Shown: in pieces, positions 48,831-63,310 of the stretch | Layout: each line of letters starts with the position of its first letter | Numbering within the stretch: position 1 is the first letter of the stretch | NCBI RefSeq assembly: GCF_006345805.1 | Contig: NC_042998.1 | Span: 6,634,001 to 6,698,000 of the forward strand | From: Octopus sinensis | Taxonomy: Eukaryota | Reading direction: 5' to 3' | Length of the DNA stretch: 64,000 nucleotides | Notes under the pieces: generated by a model | What the model was told of the DNA's origin: nothing | The model's input: the letters and a program-made list of their open reading frames with translations, nothing else | Databases searched by the model: none | Made by a program: the position numbers and the translations under genes

Positions 48831-48995
48831 GAGTGGCTGTGTGGTAAGTAGCTTGCTAACCAACCACATGGTTCCGGGTTCAGTCCCACTGCGTGGCATC
48901 TTGGGCAAGTGTCTTCTGCTATAGCCCCGGGCCGACCAATGCCTTGTGAGTGGATTTGGTAGACGGAAACTGAAAGAAGCCTGTCGTATAATATG

Positions 48996-49030
<35 letters not shown>

Positions 49031-49243
49031 TTGTGTGTTTGTGTTTGTCCCCCTAGCATTGCTTGACAACCGATGCTGGTGTGTTTATGTCCCCGTTACT
49101 TAGCGGTTCGGCAAAAGACACCGATAGAATAAGTACTGGGCTTACAAAAAGGATAAGTCCCGGGGTCGAGTTGCTCGATTAAAGGCGGTGCTCCAGCATG
49201 GCCGCAGTCAAATGACTGAAACAAGTAAAAGAGTGAAAAGAGT
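48831..49243 (+). mobile_element. SINE family A (young)
   Basis: Near-identical to 8845-9256. Confidence 0.9.
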
Positions 49244-49819
49244 ATTTAAATAATTTTGAGTTAATTCATTTGCTGGGATTTGAACTTCGCACACAGAACA
49301 TAAAAAAAGCGTAAATAAACAGCGAGTAATATTTTTGTCATTCATTTTACCATTTCTGCCATTCGCAACGTTTATCTCTTTAATAATATATATCGAGAAA
49401 TGTATATACGTATATATATATAAATAAATAATAAATAAAATATATAACAGATACATAGTTGAAAATAGTAATTAATAAATACTTTATGTAGATATATTTC
49501 CCTACAACATATCTTTAGTAAGAGCAGCTTGCATTGCAGTTTATTTTCCAAGGTGCCACACACACACACACGAGTAAGCTAAGAGGAAATAGTCATTCAC
49601 ATACAAGAATCTACACTCGTTGTTCTACCAAGTGCATCACGCGCCTGCACACACAAACACGCGAGCGCATTCTCTCTCTCTTTCATTTATTCCTTTTCTT
49701 TCACTCTTTCTCATTTCTGTTTCTGTTTTTCTTTTGTTTGTTCCTCTTTTCCTTCCCCTATCTCTTTCTGTCGTATTACTGTACCTACCTACACTAACAT
49801 CTTTTCCTCCTTTCTGTAA

Positions 49820-49823
49820 TTCT

Positions 49824-49868
<45 letters not shown>

Positions 49869-50576
49869 GCTTATGTTAACACTCTGATGTTAGTCTGCCC
49901 ATATAAGTATAGATATGTGTGTGTGTCTGTGTGTGTGTATAGATATGTGTGTGTGTATACATGTGTGCACATATATACAAACATGCATATGTGCACGCTT
50001 CTATACAGGTAATTTCTTCTCTTCTATCCTTTCTTTCTTTCTTTTTCTTGCTTTCGTTTTCTCCCTTTATCTCTTTCTCTCTCTCTCCTCTTCTCTCTTT
50101 CTTATATACACACGCACAGGTATCTTTCTCTTTGTCTCTATCATGCTTATTCAAGCCCTACTCTCTAACAATCTCTGTCTATCTCTCTCTCTCTCGTTCT
50201 CTCTCTCTTTATATAACTAAATAGAAACTGCCTTGCGGTGCTTTGCTTCGTCCCTTCGCATTCTGAGTTCAGATCACGCCGGAGTCGATTTCCCTTCTTT
50301 TTTTTTTTTTTTTCTCTTCTCATTTCGTAGTAGAGTAAAATAAAAGCAAATCAAATACGGATGAACGATTTATCAATTAAATAAGTTAAACGTTTCCATT
50401 AAATACACACAGAAAAGTGTGATTTTGCGCCTATGTAAAAAAAGAAATTCTTATCGTTTCCTTTCATTTCTCTGAATCTGATCCCCACTTCACTCTACAG
50501 ATCTATCTTCCATCCTTCTGTGTTCCTGTCCCGGAAAATGTATGTATGTGTGTGTGTGTGTGTATGTATGTGTGTG

Positions 50577-50672
<96 letters not shown>

Positions 50673-51309
50673 GTGTGTGTGTGTGGTGTGTGTGTGTGTA
50701 TGTGTGTGTGTGCGTGTGTATTTGTGTGCGTGTATGTGTGTGAGTGGTTGCGTGTGTGGGGTGAACTTATATTTCACACGTTCGCTTTTTCGTTTCTCTT
50801 TTGCTCTCGTTCGATCTTTCCCTCATATACACATATATACATACATACACATGAAAACAAACATGCTCTGGCACAAACACACATACACACGTACACGCAC
50901 GCATACACAAACACACACGTATGCACGCAAATATGTCCTCATTCGAGTATCATACGCAGAATCATTTCTTACACACATACACACGCAACACACACACACA
51001 CACACATATGTACGTATGTACATATATATACAGATACATTTATATATACGTACACACACACAATATATATATATATATATATATATACATACGCACACAC
51101 ACACACACATATATATTATATATATATATACTTTAAATCCTTAAAATCCTGCATACATTCTTAATACATACATACATACAGGCGTACATACATACATACA
51201 GACATACATTCATACATACATACGTATATACAAACAGACATACATACGTACATACAGACATACACATACATACATACATACACACATACACGTACACATA
51301 TACGTACAC

Positions 51310-51344
<35 letters not shown>

Positions 51345-51733
51345 AACATGCATGCATGCATAGCTATAAAATCGTCAGGGATAGTATATATATGTATATT
51401 TACATCGTCCCTGGTATTTTACTAACCCTGTAACTATTTTCCCCAACTGAGGCCCTAAAAATAATATTATTTCTCCATACGAAATCACATTAGTGCACGT
51501 TCATGTATAAACACACACACCAGCTTTATTTTGCTTCAAATAAAATTGTGCACAAAGAACTATATATACATATACATACATATATATATATATATAACAA
51601 TCAGAAACGTGCATTCTCATGGCTGTGTGAATTTTAATGCTTGTGCACGTTGTTAACAAATAGACTCGGAATTTATAGAGAAATACGTGGATGTAAAACT
51701 TATGGGTTTCTTTGGTTTTAATTAGTGCGTGTT

Positions 51734-51764
<31 letters not shown>

Positions 51765-52674
51765 TTGCATGCGTATATTTGTAAGTATGTCCGTGTATGT
51801 GCATATACGTGTGTGGTGTGTGTGTGTGTGTGTACATGTGACGGATGGACTGACATAAAGGTAGATAGACGGATGGATGGAGGGATGGCTAGGTAGATAG
51901 ATAGATAGGTATGTAGGTAGGTAGATAGATAGACAGATAGCTAAGTAGATAGACAGATAGAAAGATAGATAGACAGATAGACAGATACAAAGATAGACAG
52001 ACAGATAGATAGATAGATCGATCGATAAAAATATAGATAAGTAGATAGATAGATAGAAAGATAGCTAAGTAGATAGATAGATAGAAAGATAGCTAAGTAG
52101 ATAGACAGATAGAAAGATAGACAGATAGAAAAACAGAAAGATAGACAGACAGATAGATAGATCGATCGATAAAAAGATAGATAAGTAGATAGATAGACAA
52201 ATAGAAAAATAGATAGATATATGCACAAACACACACACACACTTAGACAGGTACATACAGCACCGTTCGAATAGAATCACACCTAGGAAATTAAAGCTAA
52301 AATATACACGATACACATGTACACTTACGCACACACACACGTACACACACACACACGCACACACACAAACGTACACACACACGTACACACACACGTACAC
52401 ACACACGTACACACACGCGTATATTCGCGTGCACAAACGCAGACGTCATTCATTCATTCAGAAATTCCGGCTATAAAACTAAAGCGCAAAGACAATCACG
52501 TGTAGACAACAGAGAACTATATACATACACACATACATACATACATAATACATACATACATACATACATACATAATACATACATACACACATACATACAT
52601 ACATACATACATACACACATACATACATACATACATACATACACACACACACATACATACACACATACATACAT

Positions 52675-52737
<63 letters not shown>

Positions 52738-53220
52738 TACATACATACATACATACATACACACACACATACATACACACATACATACATACACACATAC
52801 ATGTACACACCCGAAATCAGATTCCTAAAATAGACATACGCTCTCACACAAACACACACAGCTGTCGACATAGGCACACATGCACATATACACGCGTACA
52901 CTCATAGAATACAACGCACGAATCTAAAACCTCACACACATACAGGAACATACAGGTTCTTACATTCGGCGAGGGAGTTGCTAAGCGGTCGTTCCACCTT
53001 CTAGAAATAGAAGTCAAACTTCCCACGAAATTACATCTGATCATCTTAAAATAAGGTTACATTAGATGATGTGGTGGTCCTTGTACATAGGGGAAAAAAT
53101 GACAGGATGATCACGGCTGGAACACCTTTGATCATCTGTCTGCTTAATTGAGACTGACTTGCGGTTAAACAACAGCAATAGTAAAGTCGCTTATAGATGC
53201 ATATACATACACATAGACAC

Positions 53221-53284
<64 letters not shown>

Positions 53285-53580
53285 GCACACACACATACAC
53301 ACGGATGCGCACACGCGCGTATATACATAGAAACATACACCGACCGATAGATAGATAGGTAGGTAAGTAGGTAGGTAGGTAGATAGATAGATAGGTCGGT
53401 CGGTAGATAGATAGATAGGTCGGTCGGTAGATAGATAGATAGGTAGATAGATAGATAGATAGGTAGGTAGATAAGTAGGTAGGTAGATAAGTAGGTAGGT
53501 AGATAGATAGGTAGATAAGTAAGTAGGTATGTAGGTAGGTCGGTGGGTAGGTAGGTATGTAGGTAGGTAGAGATAGATAG
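49820..53580. repeat. Dense compound microsatellite field (CA, TG, TATG, TC, GATA, GGTA)
   Basis: Directly visible: TG/TATG 50540-50740, TACA 51160-51360, GATA 51880-52215, CATA 52520-52800, GATA/GGTA 53345-53580. Confidence 0.95.
52964..53000 (-). CDS. Candidate 37-nt exon, product unknown
   Basis: Acceptor ttgacttctatttctag, donor GAAT|gtaaga. Two open frames (KVERPLSNSLAE or RWNDRLATPSPN). Confidence 0.35.
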
Positions 53581-53662
53581 ATGGCCTATTCGACAGAACT
53601 ATTTATAGGCGCACGGGCAAAGCAATGCATGAAAGCCAACAACATACACAATAACAATATGG
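53581..53662 (+). CDS. Candidate first coding exon, product unknown
   Basis: ATG at 53581 is open to the donor ATGG|gtaagc: MAYSTELFIGARAKQCMKANNIHNNNM. Confidence 0.2.
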
Positions 53663-54542
53663 GTAAGCACTGGGTCCCTAGACCCGAGTGACCCCCAGAC
53701 AACAGATCGATATGCTTGAGCCTTAAAACGACACATTCATACATACATACATACATATATACATACACACGCATACAGTAACATGATTTATTCATTTAAA
53801 AATCCATTCTTTAGAAACAAATAATTAATATTAGAGAAACACACAGCGACTGCCATACGCACACACAGACGTACAAACCGCCTTCCTAACCTAACACACT
53901 TCAGCTGCGGAGCTCAGAATACCACCTCTAGTCGAATCAATCGTTACAGATCGATTACAGAGTATAAAAGCTGACAAGTAACTCTTCTGTATGATTTCGT
54001 TCAAATATAAACAATAATCATATCCACCATATGTAACATCACACAGTCTTACTCGCACACGTACGCACACCTACATTCTACACACACACGCATACACACG
54101 TACATGAACAGTGAAAAGGAGTCAGTCAGATGGCATGGTAAGGAGTAACACCACACCTGTGTTAAATCTAGAGTGTGTGTGTGTGTGTGTTGGTATCTAT
54201 CTATAATATATATATATATTAACTTAGTTTGATTTGAAAACCCCACTAGAATGGGAGAAAGCGCTAATGATCTAAGTGATATGATATACATATATAAAAG
54301 ATGTAATATATAAATAAATATCTGTAAATATAAACCATCCGATCTTCTGATTCCTCATTTCTTCTATATATAATACCTGTACATCATCTCCAAACCTTCC
54401 AAAATATAATATATATATATATCTATATATATATATATATACGAGAAAGAAGCAACAAGAATGGATAGGTTGTTTAGTACAATCGTTTCATACAAGGACA
54501 GGCTTTATTAAAAGTTGCAAAAATTGCAGCATATATTCACTA

Positions 54543-54584
<42 letters not shown>

Positions 54585-54589
54585 TAGTG

Positions 54590-55405
54590 AATATATTGTC
54601 TAAATTACGCAGAAATGAAAATAACACTGACACCTCATCTTAACAGGTGTATTTACCAAAATTACATAAAAATATCTTGAAATACTGAAGAATAAATTTA
54701 TTCAATAAAAGTGCCATTGGCTTCAACCACGGCCTCCAGACGACTTTGGAATCTCCTGCAACTCTTCTGGACGATCTCCTCATTTAAGTTGGTGGATGCT
54801 GCCATAATCCCTGCCTTCAGTTCATCTTTGGTGTTACAAGGAGTTTTGTTGGTCTCTCGCTCAACTGTGCCCCACACATAATAATCAGGGAGATTGCAGT
54901 CTGGGGAGTTAGGTGGCCAGATGTTAGGGGTGGTGTGGTCGCAGGAATTGTCTGACAGTCATGACTGGGTTCTCTTGCTTGTGTGGCATGGTGCAGAGTC
55001 CTGTTGCCAAACATAAGGTTTTCCAAGCAACCATCCTCTTGACCCAAGGCAGCACTACCTCCTCCAGGCACTTGATGTAGGCCTCTGTGTTGAGTGTGAG
55101 GCTGTGTGGGAAGATGAATGGAGGCATAACATCGCCATCACTAGCAATCACTCAAAACACCATGGTAAGCCAACAGTAGTAGTTCTGTGTGTTCACCATC
55201 TGTTCATATTGGAGCTTCCAGGGCGAATGCCAAGCAGCACAGCATGTCGTTTCCAAATTTCTGGCAGAGTGAATTGCGTTTCAGTGTTGTTTTTCTCACA
55301 GAGGGTGCCCAACTGACCCTACTATACTGTGTAGTCAACAAAATCAAAAACAAACAATGCACATGCACAAAATTAATAATATAAAATGGCGACAATTTAC
55401 CCTTT
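54590..55405 (-). mobile_element. Internally deleted DD37D/maT-like Tc1/mariner element
   Basis: VIASDGDVMPPFIFPHSLTLNTEAYIKCLEEVVLPWVKRM...QQDSAPCHTSKRTQS...IWPPNSPDCN..DYYVWGTVERETNKTPCNTKDELKA...EANGTFIE* (stop at 54698-54700). Second-to-third Asp spacing is about 37. Confidence 0.9.
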
Positions 55406-55424
55406 ATGTGTGTGTGCATATATT

Positions 55425-55639
55425 CTTTTACTTTTATTTCTTTTACTTGTTTCAGTCATTTGACTGCGGCCATGCTGGAGCACCGCCTTTAGTCGAGCAA
55501 ATCGACCCCTGGACTTATTCTTTGTAAGCCCAGTACTTATTCTATCGGTCTCTTTTTGCCGAACCGCTAAGTGACGGGGACGTAAACACACCAGCATCGG
55601 TTGTCAAGCAATGCTAGGGGGACAAACACAGACACACAA

Positions 55640-55682
<43 letters not shown>

Positions 55683-55845
55683 TACGACAGGCTTCTTTCA
55701 GTTTCCGTCTACCAAATCCACTCACAAGGCATTGGTCGGCCCGGGGCTATAGCAGAAGACACTTGCCCAAGATGCCACGCAGTGGGACTGAACCCGGAAC
55801 CATGTGGTTGGTTAGCAAGCTACTTACCACACAGCCACTCTGCGC
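55425..55845 (-). mobile_element. SINE family A (young)
   Basis: Complete reverse-complement copy. Confidence 0.9.
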
Positions 55846-55917
55846 TATATATATATATATATATTTATAATAATATATATATATAATATATATTATATCT
55901 TATTAGAATATATATAT

Positions 55918-55980
<63 letters not shown>

Positions 55981-56600
55981 TGTTTATGTGTTTGTTTTAC
56001 AAGATTCTTGATGTAAACATATGTTGAAACATAGTGTAATGCATAGAGATGGTCATTCTTTTTGTTTTCTTTTTGCCAATTAAACACACGCCCTGTTTAT
56101 TCGATCTTCACTTCATTATTTATTCATATTATCTTTAGTTTATACATCTGTCAAAGTTCTTTCATCATACATTCTATGATCTCTTCAACACATTCAGTGG
56201 TTGCCCAAACCTGATGGGCTAAGTTCTTCAGCTAAGTCTTTGAAATTCTAAGCTGCAAAGGACGGAATCAAACTGTTTTTTAAACAATAATACAAACAAA
56301 TATATATTTATATATATAAATTAATAAATAAATAAAACATATGCATATATACATACATATATGTACGTACCTACCTCAACATGTATATATACATGCATAT
56401 ATGGGTACAGGACACCAAAAAAACGTCGAACACAATGAGAAACGAAAACATACACACAAAACCAAGGAAATGGACATTTTTCTTAAACAACAAAAAAATA
56501 GAGTACAGGACAATAACACAAGGAAAATTCCCCTTCTTCAGTCGCCTTTGTTTCATCTACTCCACATTTCGAAGGTCAAGAGATATATATATATATATAT

Positions 56601-58178
56601 CATCATCATCATCATCATCGTTTAACGTCCGCTTTCCATGCTAGCATGGGTTGGACGGTTCAACTGGGGTCTGGCGAGCCCGGAGGCTGCACCAAGCCAG
56701 TCAGATATGGCAGTGTTTCTACAGCTGGATGCCCTTCCTAACGCCAACCACTCCGAGAGTGTAGTGGGTGATTTTATGTGCCACCGACACAGGTGCCAGA
56801 CGAGGCTGGCAGACGGCCACGCGCGGATGGTGTTTTTTATGTGCCACCGACACAGGTGCCAGACGAGGCTGGCTGACGCCACGCTCGGATGGTGGTTTCT
56901 TATGTGTCACCGACACAGGTGCCAGATGAGGCTGGCGGATGGCCACGCTCGGATGGTGTTTGTTACGTGCCCTCAGCACGGAGGCCAGTCGTTGCGGTAC
57001 GGCTACGGTCACGTTCGGATGGTTTTCTTATGTGCCATCGGCACTGGTACCACAAGGATACAAATTCCATTGATGTTCATCTATTTTGATTTGGTTCGAT
57101 TTGATTTGATTTGATCGATTCGATTCTCACTTGCCTCAACAGGTCTTCACAAGTGTCACAAGAAGGAAGGTATGCACAGGTGGACTGACTACGTCCCAGG
57201 TAGGGGCCACGGATTATGGCTTCACTAGTCTTGCCGGGTCTTCTCACGCACAGCATACTTCCATAGGTCTCGGTCTCTAGTCATTTCCATGGTGAGACAT
57301 AACGTCTGAAGGTCGTGCTTCACCACCTCGTCCCAGGTTTTCCTGGGTCTACCTCTTCCACGGGTTCCCTCAACTGCTAGGGATTGGCACTTTCTCACAC
57401 ACCTATCTTCATCCATTCTCGCCACATGACCATACCAGCGCAATCGTCTCTCTTGCACACAATAACTGATGCTTCTTAGGTACAACATTTCTCTCAAGGT
57501 ACTAACGCTCTGTCGAGTAAGTACACTGACATTACACATCCATCGGAGCATACTGGCTTCGTTCCTCACAAGCTTACGCATGTCCTCAGCAGTCACGGCC
57601 CATGTTTCACTGCCATGTAGCATAGCTGTTCGTACACATGCATCATACAGTCTGCCTTTTACTCTGAGCGAGAGCCTTTAGTCACCAGCAGAGGTAAGAG
57701 CTCCCTAAACTTTGCCCAAGCTATTCTTATTCTAGCAGTTACACTTTCAGCGCACCCACCCCCACTACTGACTTGGTCACCTAGATAGCGGAAGCTATCA
57801 ACTACTTCTAATTTTTCCCCCCGGAAAGTGACGGAAGTTGTTTTCTGCAGATTTTCGGAGGTCAATGCTCCAGAGCACCTGCCACATACAAAAACTATCT
57901 TCCCAGTTAGCCTACCTTTGACATTGCTGCACCTCTTATGTGTCCATAGCTTACACTGGGTACATCTTATAGAGTTTCTACCTACAACCTTTTCTACAGA
58001 TCGAGCAGGGCCATCTTCCTGAGGATATTTGTGGATTTTCTACCTTTCTACTTATTAGTACTTTGGTTTTAGCTAGGTTGACTCTAAGGCCCCTCGATTC
58101 TAAACCCTCCTTCCACACCTGGAACTTCTCCTCCAGTTCTGATAGTGACTCAGCGATTAGAGCGAGGTCGTCAGCATA
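56601..58178 (-). mobile_element. Young 5'-truncated RTE LINE, flanked by (TA)n at both ends
   Basis: YADDLALIAESLSELEEKFQVWKEGLESRGLRVNLAKTKVLIS, WPCSICRKG, RIAWAKFRELLPLL, LHGSETWAVT...LRWYGHVARM...GRGRPRKTWDEVVKHDL...EKTRQD*, then 3' UTR and (GAT)n. Confidence 0.95.
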
Positions 58179-58812
58179 TATATATATATATATATACACA
58201 TATATATATAAAACACAAAGTTAGTGAGGGGTTATAGGTGCAACCCACTAAGGGATAGCATTTATCTAATATACTGTTGGTAAAGTACCCAGATTCTTAA
58301 TACATAAATGTCTTTAATTGCAATGCAATTAACTTATTGTATTAAACGGGTGAAGGTGAAGAAATATTTTTATCGTTAATTTATAATAGAAATAAGAAAA
58401 TGGAGAAACAAATTTAGTTTGTTCATCAACTTTCGGATATTAGAATGTTTATTCCTTTAACAAAATGAGAACCTTAATAGCATACATATATATACCTTAT
58501 AATTCAATACATATAAGATAAGAATACAAATTATAAAAATCATAATATAAATTATTGAGATCATTAAAATCATTTCTATAATACAAAATGGGACAAGAAT
58601 GCAAAACATCCGGACAGTTAGATGATACATAAATGGGACGACAAAACATCCAGAAAGATGATACAAAGAAAGCAAGGACGGGTCGTTTGGAGTTTTCTTT
58701 CCTCAGTTGAGTACCAGATTATCTTCGCAATTTCGGCTGATTATACTCAAGATTGCTCCAATCTGACCAACCACAAGGAAAAACCAAGCTAAGATCATTA
58801 GATTCCTTACAC

Positions 58813-59340
58813 ACAGGGTGATTGAAAAGTAACTCCTTATTTCAAAATACTTATAAATTATTTATTAATTGTAATTTTTTTCTCCTACTTTCTGTGTTTG
58901 GTTTTTGAAGTATGAGAATTTAATCTGTAATCACGTTGCTCTTGTCATTTATGAATGACTGAACGCCCACTTCTCGGGGGAGTTGGATAGGTCATCATGG
59001 TCCGCATGAGTGGCCAGGCAGAATCCCAACTTAATACCCTGTGACTTCTTTCTTTGGGGTTGGTTAAAGGAACAACTCTGCTGTACCAAACCAAAGATTT
59101 CAGAAGAACTTGAAGGGTGGATATGAGAAGTTAAGTCTTCCATCCCACTAGAGTTCCTGGTGAAATCAGTTGATGCAATTCTTGGGCAACTCAAGAAGCT
59201 GGTGGGGACATCTGGAGCCCATATCGAATTTTAAATGAAACTTCATACTAAAAGCTTTTCTCTCATAACCATTCTTTTTTTCTTTTGTAAAAACAAGTGA
59301 TAAATAATTTATTATTATTTTAAAAAACAGGATGCAAAGG
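58813..59340 (+). mobile_element. Tc1/mariner remnant (transposase C-terminus)
   Basis: Left end acagggtg; LNAHFSGSWIGHHGPHEWPGRIPNLIPCDFFLWGWLKEQL...GAHIEF* (58953-59234). Confidence 0.8.
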
Positions 59341-60179
59341 ATTCTGCGGTACATATGTTTCGGGCTTTATTGAACAACTTATATCAATGCATAATTGATA
59401 TGACTGGTAGGTCAAAAGCCTTCTTCAGCTGCGTACAATTACCACACCAAGGACATGTATCACATTATAGCAGGTTTGAGAAAAAGTTTGGGAAAAAACC
59501 GAGTTTCATTGGGAAAGTGACTCTTCACAGGCGTATATGGCATTGCGAGACACAAAATCAAAATGTCCATATCGTTTTCTCACTCGATAAAGAATATATA
59601 TATATATATATATGTTCAGATGCGGCACGGAATTTTGTCAGTGAACAGGTCACGGTCTCAAAGTGAAGAAAAAAATTTTGGCAAATTAAATTTAAATGTC
59701 AAAGTTGAATCTAAACGATTTTGTGCGTTTCTTAAATGGCTTATAAGCACCTTCCACACTGCAATTGTTTTCGTTCCAGCACATGATCTCAGATCAGGTC
59801 ACTTGCTATGCAAGTACATCTCCATAGTTATATATATATTTTTGGCAGGTGTTCCTTGAGACATGTAATTTATTCTAAGGGTTATGCAAGGGTAAAAAGG
59901 TTAAGAAACACTGAATTAAGGTGCTTGATACATGATGATAAGGTTCTGATTTTGATTCCTAGACCAGGTGACATGTGTTCTTGAGCAAAGCACTTCATAT
60001 CACATTGCTCCAGTCCACTCAACTAGCAACTCTTCTGCCATGTGACTCCCATGAACTCCAGTCACACTCACACTCACACTTTCACTTCAACTCACTCTCT
60101 TACTCATCCACATCCCCTCAATTCACCCACACCATTTCACCATATTCCTCCACCACTCTATGCCAATATTCTTACTTAT

Positions 60180-61360
<1,181 letters not shown>

Positions 61361-61800
61361 TCCAATTCTCCACAGTTTCTCCCCTCCTTTTTTTTCACTC
61401 TTTTATCAAAAGGGATCGTGTTTCCTTTCCTTCACCTCACATTTCTACATTACTTGGCTAATCCGCACATTTCAACTCAACTCTCTTCAAATCTATTCTC
61501 CCTTGCTATAATTTACTACTAGAATTTATTCCTATTTTACCATTGTTGGACACATAAAAGTCTCCCCCAGCTGTGTAAAATGGTTTTAAAAACACTTTGT
61601 TTCCTTTTTTGCTCCCCTGTATTACAAACCCTCCTACACATGCCTACATCTCTTTTGCTTGCTTTTAGGTTATCAGCTTCTGCCTTTCTGAACTTTGTAC
61701 CAGTTATGTAAACCCTACAGACTTTTCAGCATTGTACATACATATATATATATATATACAAACATACACACATACATACACTGTTGAAATATATATATAT

Positions 61801-62211
61801 CATCATCATCATCATTGTTTAACATCCGTCTTCCATGCTAGCATAGGTTGCACGGTTCAACTGGGGTCTGGAAAGCCAGAAGGCTGCGCTAGGCCCAGTC
61901 TGATCTGGCAGTGTTTCTACAGCTGGATGTCCTTTCTAACGCCAACCACTCTGAGAGAGTAGTGGGTGCTTTTAACGTGCCACCTGCACGGGGGCCAGAT
62001 GAGGCTGGCAACGGCCACAATCGGATGGTGCTTTTTACGTGCCACCGGCACGGAGGTCAGTCGGGGCAGCGCTGGCAATGGTCACGTTTGGATGGTTCTC
62101 TTATGTGGCACTGGTATCACAGCTACAATTTCCATTGATGTTGATCGATTTCAATTTTGATTTTCACTTGCCTCAACAGGTCTTCACAAGTAGGGTTTAT
62201 GTCACAAGAAG

Positions 62212-62218
<7 letters not shown>
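61801..62218 (-). mobile_element. RTE 3' UTR copy flanked by (TA)n on both sides
   Basis: catcatcatcatcattgtttaac tail; TA runs at 61789-61800 and 62218-62243. Confidence 0.85.
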
Positions 62219-62243
<25 letters not shown>

Positions 62244-62649
62244 AATTTAAAGGGTATATTTTTTATCCTCTGAAGATATTATGCTCAGGTCATAAATTTA
62301 ATATTTACTAAGAATTAATTGTTCCTTCCTTTTTCATCTTCTTCATCTTTTAAATTTAATTTTCATTTTCCCCCTCATTCCTCTTACATGATTAACACTT
62401 TGCATTCCAGTATATGCACACACCTCTGCCATGTCACATTCATCTTAACCCTACATGTGCCCACTAATTTTCTTCTTTCATAGAAACAAAAGGATTTTTC
62501 TATTTTGCACCACTCTTGTATTGCAATTTCTTTTTCCTTCATATTTACTCCCATCTATTTCCCAATTCTCTCCCAACAGCATTTTCTACCACAGACTCCA
62601 TATTCTTCTTTTCTTTCCTTTCATCTCATGTTTGCATCTGCTGCCATTT

Positions 62650-63310
62650 CCTTCCCTCCAAGTGACTTGACAAATGAAGTGAGTTCATGGCTTGCAGGAC
62701 GGCCTGCTGTGCTAACCTTGGATCGTAGAGTGACCCGCTGTTCTTGAGGAGACCTATCGAGTCAAGTACGTCAACACCAACATCAAAAAAATATCAAATG
62801 GAAATCGTAGGAAATCAGAACGTGGCAGATGCCAGCGCCGCCTGACTGGCGTCCATGTCGGTGACATGTAAAAAGCACCAACCGATTGTGGCTGTTTCCT
62901 GGCCACTTCTGGCCCCTGTACCAGTGGCATGTAAAAAGCACCCACTACACTCACGGAGTTAGTTAGTTAGTTAATTTATTGGCTCAAAAAGCAAAAAGCA
63001 AGGCCATGTAGGGGGACATGGAGTTATATACAGGGTGGTGATCATGTAAAGAGTTCAGGCCACTGGAGGTCAAGGGAGACTTTGAACCGAGCGGTCGTCG
63101 GCATCTTCACCATCTCATCTGGCAGCTTATTCCATGGATCCGCGACCCGGAGTGTTTGGCATTAAGAAGGGCATCCAGCTGTAGAAACACTGCCAGATCA
63201 GATTGGAGCCTGGTGCAACCTCCTGGCTTCCCAGACCCTGGTCAAACCGTCTAACCCATGCTAGCATGGAAAACGGACGTTAAACGATGATGATGATGAT
63301 GATGATGAAT
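62650..63310 (+). mobile_element. RTE subfamily 3' end, interrupted by a CR1/L2 fragment
   Basis: catgtaaaaagcacc repeats, cactacactcacggagt|...|gtttggcattaagaagggcatcc, (GAT)n tail. Confidence 0.8.
62960..63147 (-). mobile_element. CR1/L2-like LINE 3' fragment with (TAAC)n tail and 6-bp TSD
   Basis: RVADPWNKLPDEMVKMPTTARFKVSLDLQWPELFT*; tail aataaattaactaactaacta; TSD cggagt at 62954-62959 and 63148-63153. Confidence 0.8.

Noticed and set aside
56530-56580. GAAA and CTGAAGA motifs on the minus strand of the repeat shared with 1423-1562
   Set aside because: I could not build the three hammerhead stems.
58671-58800. Hammerhead-like words on the minus strand (CTGAGGA ... AAACGACCCGTC)
   Set aside because: G of GAAA is missing and stems I and II do not pair convincingly; at most a decayed PLE terminus.
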